Assembly (NCBI RefSeq): GCF_000150275.1
Contig: NW_002060944.1
Location: forward strand, 6,175,102-6,239,101
Length of the DNA: 64,000 nucleotides
Direction: 5' to 3'
DNA from: Trichoplax adhaerens
Lineage: Eukaryota; Animalia; Placozoa
Under the pieces are notes generated by a model. That model was given only the letters and a program-made list of their open reading frames with translations. It was not told the origin of the DNA and did no database searches. The translations under genes were made by a program, and so were the position numbers. Below are positions 41,601 through 53,991 of this stretch, piece after piece (positions within the stretch are counted from its first letter, which is position 1; every line of letters begins with the position of its first letter).

Positions 41601-42570
41601 GATTTTGAGTTGGATTTTGTTACTTCTCGTGTGAATTATTAAATTCTATACTTTAAATCGAATTCGCTAGGAATATTGTAATTTAGTGATAGATGATTCC
41701 ATTGAAAATGATCCTTCAGTTGTCAGGTAAAACATCTGCGTTACTTTTCAACATAAGAGTAAATCAATCAAACTTGCACTTTTAAAATGAAGGAGTTGTT
41801 GTATTCAAAGTCAACGTATGAACGTTGTAGCCAACAACAATATCGATAAATTATTATTTACCGATGTCGATCTTGTTATTAATTATGGACCACGATAGAT
41901 TGATGCTATAAAGAAGGAGCAACGAGAATTACCAATAGGACGATAATTTATCCTGATCGATTTGTTCCTCTTGGCTGCAGGTGATTAATTAGGCCAAGCA
42001 TGATTTTCAATTCGTGTTTCACCATTCCTTCCATCTTATTATTAATAGCTAGAAGATTGTATTTTTATCTAGGGATAGGGATTTGCATAATTCCATGGAC
42101 TAATTGAATCAATCGCTATGCTACTGCCAATTATAAACAACTCATCATCATTTTTTAATGACATTATTATTCTGATTGTTGTTGTTGTTTGCTGCTTAAT
42201 GAAGTTTACGTGATGTTTTTTTAGCTCTCCATTGCACACCATCGTACACTAGTACAGCACTGTGACTATGCTGAATATGGATGATACCCAGTGCTCGTCA
42301 TGAAAGTTAGGCAGCAACTGGAAGGTCTTTTATTGATAGTATAACAACACTAATACTTAATTGGCGCTCATCGCCATGACTATTTCCTACAACAATTAAA
42401 AATAGAATATATAGGAGATGGGGAGGGGAAAATGAAGAAAAAAGGATATCAAGATGTAAAATAGAGAATATCAACATGATGATAGCAGCTCCTTTCCAAA
42501 TTGATAAAATAAGGACATTGAGGATTGAGTTGAAAGATGGAATAGTATAGAGAGCGAAATAAAGAATAAG

Positions 42571-43680
42571 TTAAACTGTTGTATGCTGATCATGGTAGAC
42601 ATGGGTGTGGAATTCAAACATAGGATTTAGAGTAATTGGGCTGATTAAGGATGATGTCGGTGTTTTTGCTGTGCTTGATGTTGGTGTTATAATGCTGCTT
42701 AAATCTTTGGATGGTGATGATTGTAAACCAATTTTATTTAAAAATAAGTTATAATTGGATACAGTAGTACGATTGATACGGGTATCATGGGAAAGTAATG
42801 ATTGTTGTGTAGGTGATTTCGATCGATCATAAAGATATTTTAATAACTCTTTCCTAATGTTAGCAGTAAAGATAGCGAATAATACTGGATTAGCAGCTGG
42901 ATAGATTAATAAAAAGCGTATACTAATAGTAATAAACTCTGTCAAGATAGGATTTTCACGATCTTTTTCCGTTATATTAATCAAGACGATAAATGCCGCT
43001 GCACAGGGTACGCATAATAGTATGAAGACACCAATAAATGCAACGGCTTGAATAATTGCTTTTTTCTTTTGCAATAATCGTTGAAGTATTTGATTGCGTT
43101 GCAAATGATCATGTTGGCTGGATAGGAGAATACATAAGATTCTCGAATAGCCACAGAGTAAAGCTAGTAAAGGTAAGAAAAATAAGGCGATGATAACCAC
43201 CGTTAAATAGATTTTATCTACGCTGCCAACGGTGTTGCGAAAGGTGCAATTGCTTGGATCGATCGATTTCAACGGGATCATTGGAATGACAATGGATAAT
43301 GATATAATCCAAATGACTAAGATAGCAATTAAAATTTTAATTTTAATAACATGATGTTGTTGATAGCTAAATGGATGAGCAATAGCATAATAGCGCTCAA
43401 TAATGATGATAAAAAAATGCAATGATGTATTACAAAATGCTGATTGTTGAAACATGGGGATAATAGCACATATGATGGGAATGCGATAAATTTCTCGATA
43501 AACGGCTAATAAAATCCACACTGAACCTGTTAATATACCACAAATTAGCATACTACCCAGCAAGATATTAGAGGTAATCCTTAATTGCCGCTTAGAAAGG
43601 ATAAAAGCTAATAGTGCGGTATTGGTTAGAATTACGATAGAGCCAACAACGACATTATAGACATCAATGTCGTCCTGCAT
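42571..43680 (-). CDS. Orphan rhodopsin-class (class A) GPCR with Ser/Thr-rich tail; N-terminus may extend through an upstream exon
   Basis: Seven hydrophobic segments; LR.TSNILL, TM3 Cys, IERYYAIAHPF, FFLPL, AANPVLF..NIRKE. First ATG at 43680; an acceptor-like site precedes 43706. Confidence 0.9.
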   Translation of the reverse strand: MQDDIDVYNVVVGSIVILTNTALLAFILSKRQLRITSNILLGSMLICGILTGSVWILLAVYREIYRIPIICAIIPMFQQSAFCNTSLHFFIIIIERYYAIAHPFSYQQHHVIKIKILIAILVIWIISLSIVIPMIPLKSIDPSNCTFRNTVGSVDKIYLTVVIIALFFLPLLALLCGYSRILCILLSSQHDHLQRNQILQRLLQKKKAIIQAVAFIGVFILLCVPCAAAFIVLINITEKDRENPILTEFITISIRFLLIYPAANPVLFAIFTANIRKELLKYLYDRSKSPTQQSLLSHDTRINRTTVSNYNLFLNKIGLQSSPSKDLSSIITPTSSTAKTPTSSLISPITLNPMFEFHTHVYHDQHTTV

Positions 43681-46399
43681 GATCTTGATCGTAGAAAGAT
43701 TTTGACCTATCAAAGAGGGTCACCAAAGTATTAATAGAGCAATAGAATTGAAATAGATTCAAGAATATTTTGAGCAGATCAATGGGTGAAGAATTGACTC
43801 AATCAATGGAATCGAGTAGCGATGACACGATCAAAACAACAGATCGATTAGGTAGGGTAGAAGAGGCGATTTAATGGCAACAGTAAGCAAAGCAAATAGC
43901 AAAGTTGCTCAATTTTCTTCAGTGATGACTGAATCTGCCTTGGCTGATATTGAAATAAATGGGGAAAAAAGAACAAGATAGACCGCCAGCCGTAAGGTGA
44001 AAAATTTGCAAAGATCGATCCAAGAAAGAGAACTTGGAATGGTAGAAAATCGATTTCTTCACTTTCCTGTACGGCTACTAAATGGGTAACTACCAACTGA
44101 AGAAGGTAGAGGGTATTCCAGTTTGGCTATCAAGTAGAATATCAGGAATGAAAGTAATTTCTTGTTATTATTACGAATATTACAACTAGGTCCAGTTTTG
44201 CGAGTGCAGATTTTGGGAGATTTTCTTGAACGATTATTAGGTGTATTCAAATTTTTCAAATAACCCAGCAATGGAAGCGATATGCAATAGGTTGTCGTCG
44301 TCAGGGCTTGTACGATAGCTGTATAAATCGATCTAGGTGGACGATAATTCCAACGAAGATTAATTTCTTCGATCAAGGATGTGAATGTCGATGCCAATAG
44401 AGCACGGATTCACTGACGGTAATGATTTTATGCTTGCTTACGACAATGAGGCAGGCCTTTAAATAGAAAGTCCAAGAAAAATATTCAAGTTAGTTCAATT
44501 ATAGGATAGAAAGTAGACAATGTAGAGTACAAGGGAATGGGGAAAAAATTAATTAATTATTAATCATGGCGAGTAGTCAGCATGCATAGCAAATCAAGAA
44601 GTGCATTAAAAGTTTTTCAACAAAAACGATTTTGTGAAAACAGAAGATAAATAAAACCTAAACTATCAGCACAACAATCAACGCTGTAACTTGAATGCGA
44701 TGACGACACAAAAATAATTGCCTAGAATAAATGGAAATTGCTAATATTGTTTTGGAGGCGTAAAGAAATAATTCCTTAATGTAATATTAAAATGATTATA
44801 TTGCTAAATGAAATAAGAGAATAGAAAAGCTTGTAACATAATATGATGAACCTAGTATAGGTTAATACGTGTTGACTCAATAGCAAGGAATCAAATTGGT
44901 AGGGGAGATAGAGTTATGATGATCCTCCAACCTGGCGGCAAGGAAATTGAAAAATTTTTTTTTGAGTTATGCCTTGTCAAATTCAGAAGATAAAACTACC
45001 TGAATGATTTGATATTCCCTTTATAAATAGCCAATATTTTAGAAGAATGACATTGGTCAACGTTCTATTTAAAAGCAAGTAATCAAACAGTTCCTGAAAA
45101 TGGAATGTTCGAATTCATAGTAGATCCGTTTTGTTTTCATTTTATGAAACTAGTCAATGGGACTGATTGCTCAAATTTAAATAGATTTAGTTTACTTTTA
45201 CAATTTATGGAACAAGTCGATGCAACAGAGTTTGTACAAGGTTAGGTAGAAGGGAAAGGAGATTTGATCCTCCATTTCCAATAAGGAGAATAGCAATTCA
45301 TCGAAGTAAAACTAAAAGTACGACATGATGTAACATCCAGATCACAATGTCCTCATGTCCATAAATAAATTGTGAAGCAATTTTCTACAATATCAATAAT
45401 TACTCATAGGGTAGAGAAGGAAAAGGACGATCAAGCTTTTGAAGTCAAGTAGGAACTTCATTGAAGTAGAGAAAATAAAGAGAAAGCAGGTGGTAGTTCA
45501 TCAAATATCACGCAGACAGTCAGTTTGGCGAAATGGAAATGGCAGAAATGCAATTGTTGTTGATCTACTGTCATGGATAAATATAGATAATAGTCGGTTT
45601 CTGCTCTTAGAATAGATTGAATGGTGAGTTAATCAACTGTAGCTAAAATAGTTAATTAAACAATCTTCATTCAGTCAGAATAAAATGGCAAAAAAGATCA
45701 CTGAGTAGACAGTTATCAATAAACAGGCAAAGAATTGAAGAGGATTTTATTGATTCAAGATTGCAAAAGTGAGAGTAGGTGTATGTCAGCAACCTGGAAT
45801 CAAAACAAGTTGAGGCCGACTGGATGGTAAAAGGAAGAAAAAGTTCAAATTCGCCTTATTGGTTAGTCAAAGTGAATAGTCAATTAATGAATCAGTTAAG
45901 AAGTTCAAAGAAAACACAACTCTATCCATCAATCCATAGATGATGATGGATAAAAAAATTCTCTATTGAAGGATTAAATGGATCCAAGAAAGAAAGGATA
46001 AAGTAGTGAAATAAGAGTCGAATTAATACAAGAAAGTCAATAGAAGACAGTGTGAAAAGAGAAAATTTTCTTAGCGCTTTTTCTCTGTGTACCAAATCAT
46101 TGATTTTGTTGATTCATTTTATATCGACCTAGCCTATCAAGTAGCCATTCTATCGAATGGCAAGACTATCATTCTGATAGTTAATTTTGATATTACTGTG
46201 TGCTGACTATTTCAATTAGATATTGTTTATTCAGATACATAAAGAAGAATAGAGTTGAACTTTTTAGAATATTTCTCCGCTAGTTACGAATTGAAAATGC
46301 AATGATAGAGTAGTATAACATAGCAAATAAACAAGGCAAGAAAGAGTTACTTTAAACTGATCATCTCCGTCTGCTGACCAATCTGAACATAAGGAACGT

Positions 46400-46830
46400 T
46401 AGCTTTTAGTCAAGATTTTTTCACTAGTATATAGCTGCTGGGAATTTTAGGATGTGAAGAAGCAATAAGGATAAAATTTGCCTCATTAAAGTCCTCATCC
46501 TCTATCTGAAATTGGAACATGGAATTATCCTTCGAAAAGATTCGTTCTTAGTCTAGATTTTTTTCTTGAGTATACAGTCGTAAAGAATTTTAGGATACGA
46601 AGAATTATTCCGGCTAAAATTTGCCTTCAAGTCCACTTTATCCATCTTAAAATTGGAATATGAAATCTCCTTTAAGAAAGTTCATTCTTAGTCAAGATTT
46701 TTTTGGCTAGTATGCAATAGCAAAGAATTTTAGGATATGAACTAAGCTAAAACTCGGGTTAAAGTCCTCATCCTTTATCTAAAAATTAGAATTTGGAATT
46801 ATCCTTCAAATGCTAAACCTGAAAAATATT
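46400..46830. repeat. Degenerate minisatellite, ~140 bp unit, 3 copies
   Basis: TAGTCAAGATTTTTT..GAATTTTAGGAT..AAGTCC..GGAATTATCCTT at ~46408, 46549 and 46689. Confidence 0.8.
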
Positions 46831-46869
46831 TTTATTCTACTAGCGAGTGTTAACAAGCTATAAAAAACG

Positions 46870-47240
46870 ATAAATTCATTTTAGCGTGCTATTATTCATT
46901 AGCTAGCCTAGTTTGAATAATGATTAGCGCTGATAATTTAATTTAAAGTTCCACTCATAAAACTTTGACTGTTAATGAATTGAAAAATGATGCAAAAATT
47001 AACTTGAATGCATGATTATTCATTAACTAGCCTAATTTAAATGATATTGAGCCATGAGATTTTATGTTGCTGCATTTTCCTTAACATATATGCTATCTAA
47101 GGATTAAAGAAGTTATATTAATCAATAATTAGCTTTTATGTATTATTATACATTGACTAGCCTGGCTTGAAAGGTATTTAGCATAGATGATTGTATTTAT
47201 AGCCGTATCCTTATCGCTTTGATAACGAAAGGATTAAAAA
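46870..47240. repeat. Degenerate minisatellite, ~125 bp unit, 3 copies
   Basis: ATTATTCATT..CTAGCCT at ~46891, 47015 and 47143. Confidence 0.65.
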
Positions 47241-49109
47241 ATTCTATAATGTTATCGAGAAAAAAATTCTAGCTCTTGTTTTATGCGACCAAGAACTAAA
47301 GAAAATTAGAAATTAGCTTTAATCTACGAAATGGTAATCTACTTATAAACTAGATTAGAAATAGTAACTAATCGTAGTAAAAGTGGTTTCATTTTCTACC
47401 TACAATTCCAATTCATGAATAGTATGATGACATGAATTAGCTACAGTGATTTTTGTATTGGTTTCATGAACAGCTAAAAGCGACCGTGGCTTGCTTTTAA
47501 ATCAGGTTACAAAAACTACAGGAATCAAGGTTTAATTTCCTAGAATTCTATAAAATATAGCATGAATTAGATTAATTATTGCATAGGTGTCATAAACAGC
47601 TAGAAGCAATCATGATCTACTTTTAACCAGTTGCAAGCTAAAGAATAGGTTAACATAGAAGAAAGTAAACTAAATAAAAAACAACTGAGTAGATTGACTT
47701 GAAAAATAGAAAATAACAGTAATTCTGATTCAATGAAGACAATCTCGGACATTCTAGTACTAAAATGGGATTGATTCATCATTGAAATGGATCATAGCTT
47801 GCTATTAAAACGATAATATCCATTCATACGAATTGAAAATGGATGCTTTAAAAGGTAGAAAATGGAAGAGAAACCTAGACAAATAGGTGGATCGATAGGA
47901 AGAAGCAAAAGAAAAGGTAAATAATATTGATAAAACTAGGATATAATGAACTGATGAGAAAAGGATGCCCGTCTCCAGAGCGAGAAACTGCCGTTGTAAA
48001 CGTTTTAACCATACGATTTCGGTCTAGAAAAATAACTCATCCTCTAAAAATAACAACAATTGTCCATGCTGATGGAAAAGAAAAAATTGGATCAAAACTA
48101 TCGTTAGGCCTAATATGTCCTTGCTCGATATTCTCCTGTACAAAATAAACATCTTTTCATTCAATCCACCTTCCATCCATTATCATCATAGCCAAGCTAT
48201 TGAGAAAATTGAATCAAGCCGTTGCTAATTTAAGCGAATCCATTATTATTTTCAATTTTCAGCTGTAATACATCATTCTATTCAACTGGTTAATTCAACG
48301 TAATAACAAGCAATCAAATAAAAGGTAAATTAAAATTTAATCAACTAGCGTGAATTAATGGTATTCAATAATGCTATCTTTAATTTATGCGTAGTCGAGC
48401 GCTTTAATTGCCGATATATTTTCTCACTTCATTCCTAATCTTGTTGATCACTAGAGTGGAAATTGGGATCAAATTGAAATGGTCAAAAATGAATTTTGCA
48501 AGTCATATCTCCTTCTATTCCATTTCTATCATGTATTGAAAATGGAATAATAACATCGCATTGAATTGCTGCAAGGCGATAGTGTTGATCTAATTGGAAA
48601 GAATGGATTCTGGGTAAGAAAGGATGAATGATTTTACTGATAGACTAGTCAAAAGATTTTCAAAACTGATACAAAATAAGCCAATAGCCTTATGTCGGCC
48701 ATTGTAAAGCTCTTTTAATGCGTTTGCATAACGACAATAACGGCAAGAATTAAACGAGATACCTTGTTCAAGTAAAAGAAAATCAATCAATTATATTTTC
48801 CAATAATTCTGTTTCATATTCTAGTCTTGCAGGAATTAAGAGAAGAGCAGTTTGCATAAGAATATTTAGCAGTTTGAATCGTTGTCGCTTCTTCTACTTA
48901 GCGTTACTACCTTAATGGATACTGTAAAGGAATAACATGAATAGTAGTGACAATTGGATAGAGGAAAAAAAAATAAAAAAAATACTTTCTCGAATAATGA
49001 GTTATGCAGCAAGGATGCATTAAAGACGATTATGAAAAACATAAAAACAGCTTGATGTTTTATTTATCGATACCCCTATCCAACCTTTAGCATTCTAAAG
49101 TAAAGTAGT

Positions 49110-50700
49110 TCTAGCAATATTGAAGAATGGTCTTTATTAGAAAGCTGTTTTTTATCCTACTAGCCAGTAGAATAGGATAACCAATATCATATCGATTGAG
49201 ATACCAAAAGATTAACGCACGGTATTGAATATTTATTTTGATTTTACATTGGATCATGAATAGAGCTTGTAACGATTTCAGAGATGAATCGATTGTAGTC
49301 CATTTGATCATGAAATAAAAGTAATTTTAGGAATGTTAAAAAATTTCCCTTTGGGGTATCAGTAATTAACTATCTCATCCTACAAGCGAGTAAAATATCA
49401 TCACTGCGATGGAATACCAAAGGATTAGCGTAATGAGTCAATTAGTCTAGTTTTACATTGGATGATGTCTAAATAGAACTTGTAACGATTATAAATATTA
49501 TTTATAGATCCCAAACAAAGTAATTTTAGGAATATTCTAGAATTACCCATCGCAATAACGGTTGAAATTTGCTTTAGTCTACTAGAGCGTAAAATATCAA
49601 TTTTTGGAATATCAAAAGATCAACGGGTTGAGCTATTGGTATACCGCGTAGACTAATATTAGCTGATGAATAGAATTTGTAGGATAGTGTTTGCTCAATA
49701 TTGAAAAATTGTCCTTTACGGCCATAGCTGAAAAATGCTTTCTATCCTACTAGCGTGTAAAATATCAATCATTGGAATGCCAAAAGATCAACGGGTTGAG
49801 CTATTTTAGTCTGGTTTTAGATTAGCTACGGTAATGAATAGAAATTTTACTGTAGGAATTATTTGCTATTATTCAAAATTATTCTTTATGGCAATGTCTA
49901 AAGACTGTTTTTATCCTATCTGCGTGTAAAATATATCTCATTGGAATACCAAAAGATCAACGGTTTAGCTGCCGGTATTTAGTCCAATTGTAGATTATTT
50001 GATCATAGAAGTTGCACGATAGGAATTGATCTATAGTAATGAATTATCCTTTAAGGTAACACCTGAAGACTATTTTTATCCTACCAACACGTACAATTTC
50101 ATATTGGAATACTGAAGGATCAACGAATTAAAACTATTGGTATTGGGACTGATTGTACATTAGCTGATGTACAGAATTTGCATGATAGGAATTGCCCCGT
50201 ACGAAAGAATGATTGAAAACGATTTTTATCCCATTAGGGTATAGAATATCCATCATTAGGATATGAACATGTTTGAGTTATTTACAGTTAGTCTGATATT
50301 GGATTGTGAGATGAAATAGAATTGGTAACGTTAGGGATGGATCGATATTGGAGGATTGCCTGTAGTGGTAATGGCTGAAAACCGCTCTTATCCCATTGGT
50401 ACATAGAATATCCATTATTGAAATACCAAGGCATCAACATGTTAAGTTATTTAGTGTGATTTTAGATTGAATGATCAATAGAGCCTGTCAACATTTCAGT
50501 CATATACATACTGTAGTGAATAGATTCCAAAATAAAATCGTCTTAGGGATATTGAAGAATTACTCACCACAGTTACAGTTGAAAACTGCCTCTAATCCTA
50601 CTCGCGAGTAGATTATCAATCAGTGAAATGGAATACCAAAGAATTAACTTGTTAAGCTATTTAGTCTGATTTCGGATTAGATGGTCAATGGAATAGAATG
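49110..50700. repeat. Degenerate tandem repeat, ~150-220 bp variable unit, ~9 copies
   Basis: Recurrent TTTTATCCTACTAGCG.GTAAAATATC..TTGGAATACCAAAAGATCAACG..GCTATTTAGTCTG. Confidence 0.85.
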
Positions 50701-52959
50701 TCTAATAGGGGGAATGATTAGAGTCTATTTATCTTTTAAGGATTGCATAACTCTAATCCGATAGGCAGTTTCAAGTAGAGAGTAGTACTGTATTTACTTT
50801 TAAAATAAATAAAACACTTATTAAAAATGGAAGAGTTGAACGACACGGGTAGAAATAAAGGGGAATCTAATTGCTCCAACTCGAACTAAGGTATTCTCCT
50901 TTTTAGATATTAAAATGTCATAAGGGTCTAACTTGCTGTCTAGACTAGTATAAACAAGTGGGATATTTAACTTCCTCCAATCTGTCTCACTCTGTTCCAT
51001 ACAGTAGTCTTGTTCAATTCTTCTTGTACTTTAATATTAACGTATTCAAAGAGTCTATGTTGGCCATAAATTAATTTCTAAACTGCAATCTTACAAATAT
51101 CATATCCTACTGTCTAGCTTATAAATCAGTCGATCTGTCTACGATTGCTTACAACAGAGAAATAATATCCTCCATGACCGAAGAATAAGATATAAATAGA
51201 TAGAACTTTGAACATCCTTCTGATGTTCAACTATTTGTAATAGTACTTTGCTCAAACCGGTACAGCGGCATTTAGGTAAAAGAGCCCATCTTTAATGAAA
51301 ATCTCCACTAATGTCCTATAGAGGTATACCCACTACAATGGATCAACAGGATAATTATAATTATTACAATATAAAGTCATTGTCAAATGAAAAGTAAAAG
51401 GAAATATTCAAGACTGTCAACGATTATTTGATGTCAGCTTGGACGGGAAACCATTCCATTTTTCCTTGTAATTTGTCTTTTTCAACTTCCTTTCCTTAAT
51501 TTACTTGATTGAGTATATTTTCAACATGAAATGCATGGATAGATAAATAGCATAGGACAGATAGCTGCTACTTGAATCGATCGAATAACTCGTTCTTATG
51601 GTTATAAACACCATTGAAGATGAGAAGAATGGATCGAGCATCTCTTAACTATTGCCAAATAAAGAAAAAATGACGTTTCTGTTCCTCAGACTTATACCAT
51701 ACTTCCCAGTTTAAATTGAGTGAGGGGAAATTACGAAAGAGCTATAAATTACTACATAGAAATAAATAAAAATTGGGCAATAATAACAAAAACGATTCCA
51801 GTTCTTAATGAGGGAATCATTTCATTGGGCGTTTCAAACCAATCTATTTTAAGCGATTTCATCAAGGGTGATTACAATTCATTAATTTTTGATGAGCTAA
51901 AATATAAAATAAATCGGTCTATGCATATTAAAGCTGATTATCGGCCTAAAATACGAACGATAGAGGAAGAAAAAGTAGTAGAAAAAGTTGGATTAGAATG
52001 CAGGGGGGCAATGACTTGTTAGGCGAGCATACCTTCTTCATACCTAGCCTACACAGTCTTTCTCTTAGCATTATAGCATCATGCATTTTCCAGCATTGTA
52101 TCAAATACTACAACCTTCCATAAATAAAAATATTGAAAAGAAAACAATTTCCTACTACTTGGAAAAATCGATCGTAACAAGATCAAAGTTGATGAAATCT
52201 TTCATCCGTTTAAAATCGATTATTATGTTTTGTTTTACTTTAATTTCAAGTTAATTTTACCATCATAATGAGTTAAAAAAATAAATAGAACAATCTCAAG
52301 CTCCAACTATTTTCTACTCTTAAAATGGCCCAAAATCAATACAATGCGTATTGAAATAGCTCATTTTTAATGGACAGAATTAATGATGCTATTTCATCCT
52401 CTATTTTTCTATTGCTTGGAATTTTTATCGCTTTCTATTCAATCGTTTTTTAATGATAATCCTGCCAAGTCGCATTTTTCACTCTCTAATGTGGAAGATA
52501 ATAGATATCCTAGCAGCCATAGTCGATGATTCAATCAATACCTATTTCCTACTTGACTAGCAACTGTAATAAGTTACGATAACAATCCAATCTTGATTGA
52601 TTACTTACTCAATATCAATTTAAATATCAAATGAGTTGGATTAACCCAATGAAGGAGAAGAATGAAAATAACTAAAGTAAATAAAAAGTGAGAAAAAAAA
52701 ATTCAACAAGTTTAAGTGTTGCATCTGATTAAATAGTAAAAGGTAACCCGATAGAATAAATGTGTCTGATGAAAAGGATGAGGAATGAGTGTTTGGATGC
52801 AAATCATTCTAATCTCAGCTAATGTGAGTATTTCATAAGATACCAGTAACAAGAAGAAAAATAACAAGCTTGAAAAGTAAAATCAAGATGCTTTCATTAG
52901 ATCAACAGTTTATAAACACGAAGAATATCTTCACGTTAGGAAAAGAAATTTCTAATCCA

Positions 52960-53385
52960 TAACACGATCGAAGGTAATCTGTATTGGATTAGAAATTAGA
53001 CGCAGAAAATATAACATCCGTCGGCCACTCTGTATCATCATAGAGTTGAAAATAGCGATAGCGAATTTCAACATTCTTCTTCAGTGGATTCGAAATCCGG
53101 CGTAGTAAATAAAAATCGACCTTAAACCATGCAGTATCATCATGGATTACCTTTAAAGTTAGAAAATCGCGGTAGCGATTCTCCTCTACAATAGATTAAA
53201 AAGTAGACACAGAAACTCAAACCTGCATCAAGCCGTCCTGTGTCATGATGGATTATATCAAGAATTGGAGAAATAACGATAACGATTCTCCTCTACAATA
53301 GATTGGAAATTCAACACAAAAAATAAAAAACATGCAGCAAATCGACCTGTGGTTTGCATCAAAAGTTAAAAAATAGCGGTAGCGC
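52960..53385. repeat. Degenerate minisatellite, ~107 bp unit, ~4 copies
   Basis: CGATTCTCCTCTACAATAGATT at 53176 and 53283, with recurring AAATAGCG(A/G)TAGCG. Confidence 0.75.
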
Positions 53386-53527
53386 CAAATGTGTAAATTA
53401 ATTTATCCCAACAAGTTATTGGCATGTCATAATTGTTGGTATAGACTGAGAGAGGGGAAAAGATGCGGTTGCGAGCTCATCGATCATTGGTGTTGTTTTC
53501 ATTTCTTGTCCTAACAGAACAACTTAC

Positions 53528-53650
53528 CACAGGATAGAGAAAGAGTTCAAAGGTTGTCGGTTTACTTTATCAAACAAGTAAGTTGGTCTTGCAGCGGCAA
53601 CGTAATGAATTGAAATCCTTTTCAAATGATGTTGCTCCTTCTTTTATAGC
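53528..53650 (-). promoter_or_regulatory. Candidate TATA promoter and non-coding first exon
   Basis: TATAAAA on the minus strand at 53648-53642 and a consensus donor GTG|GTAAGT after 53528. All three frames are closed. Confidence 0.35.
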
Positions 53651-53960
53651 CTGCTGACACATGCATTTCCTTTGAATACAGTTCGCCGGGGATCTTAATA
53701 TAGGAAGGTGGAGTCTAAAAACTCATAAAAGAAATAGGGATTATCTCAATAAGAAATAAGTACCATGTCAATGATTGTCTGTTAAATACACTTTCCATTT
53801 GAATATGCTGTTTTGGCAATGATATTGTTTCTGTATAGCTAAATAAATACAATAAACTATTCCATTCAATAATCAATCTGTCTTTAATTTATTTTGATTG
53901 TCTTATGTTACCATTTAACTTATTTTCTTAACAAACGCTAGTCTAATCAATGGTATTTGG

Positions 53961-53988
<28 letters not shown>
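53961..53988. repeat. (GA)14 microsatellite
   Basis: Direct reading. Confidence 0.97.
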
Positions 53989-53991
<3 letters not shown>

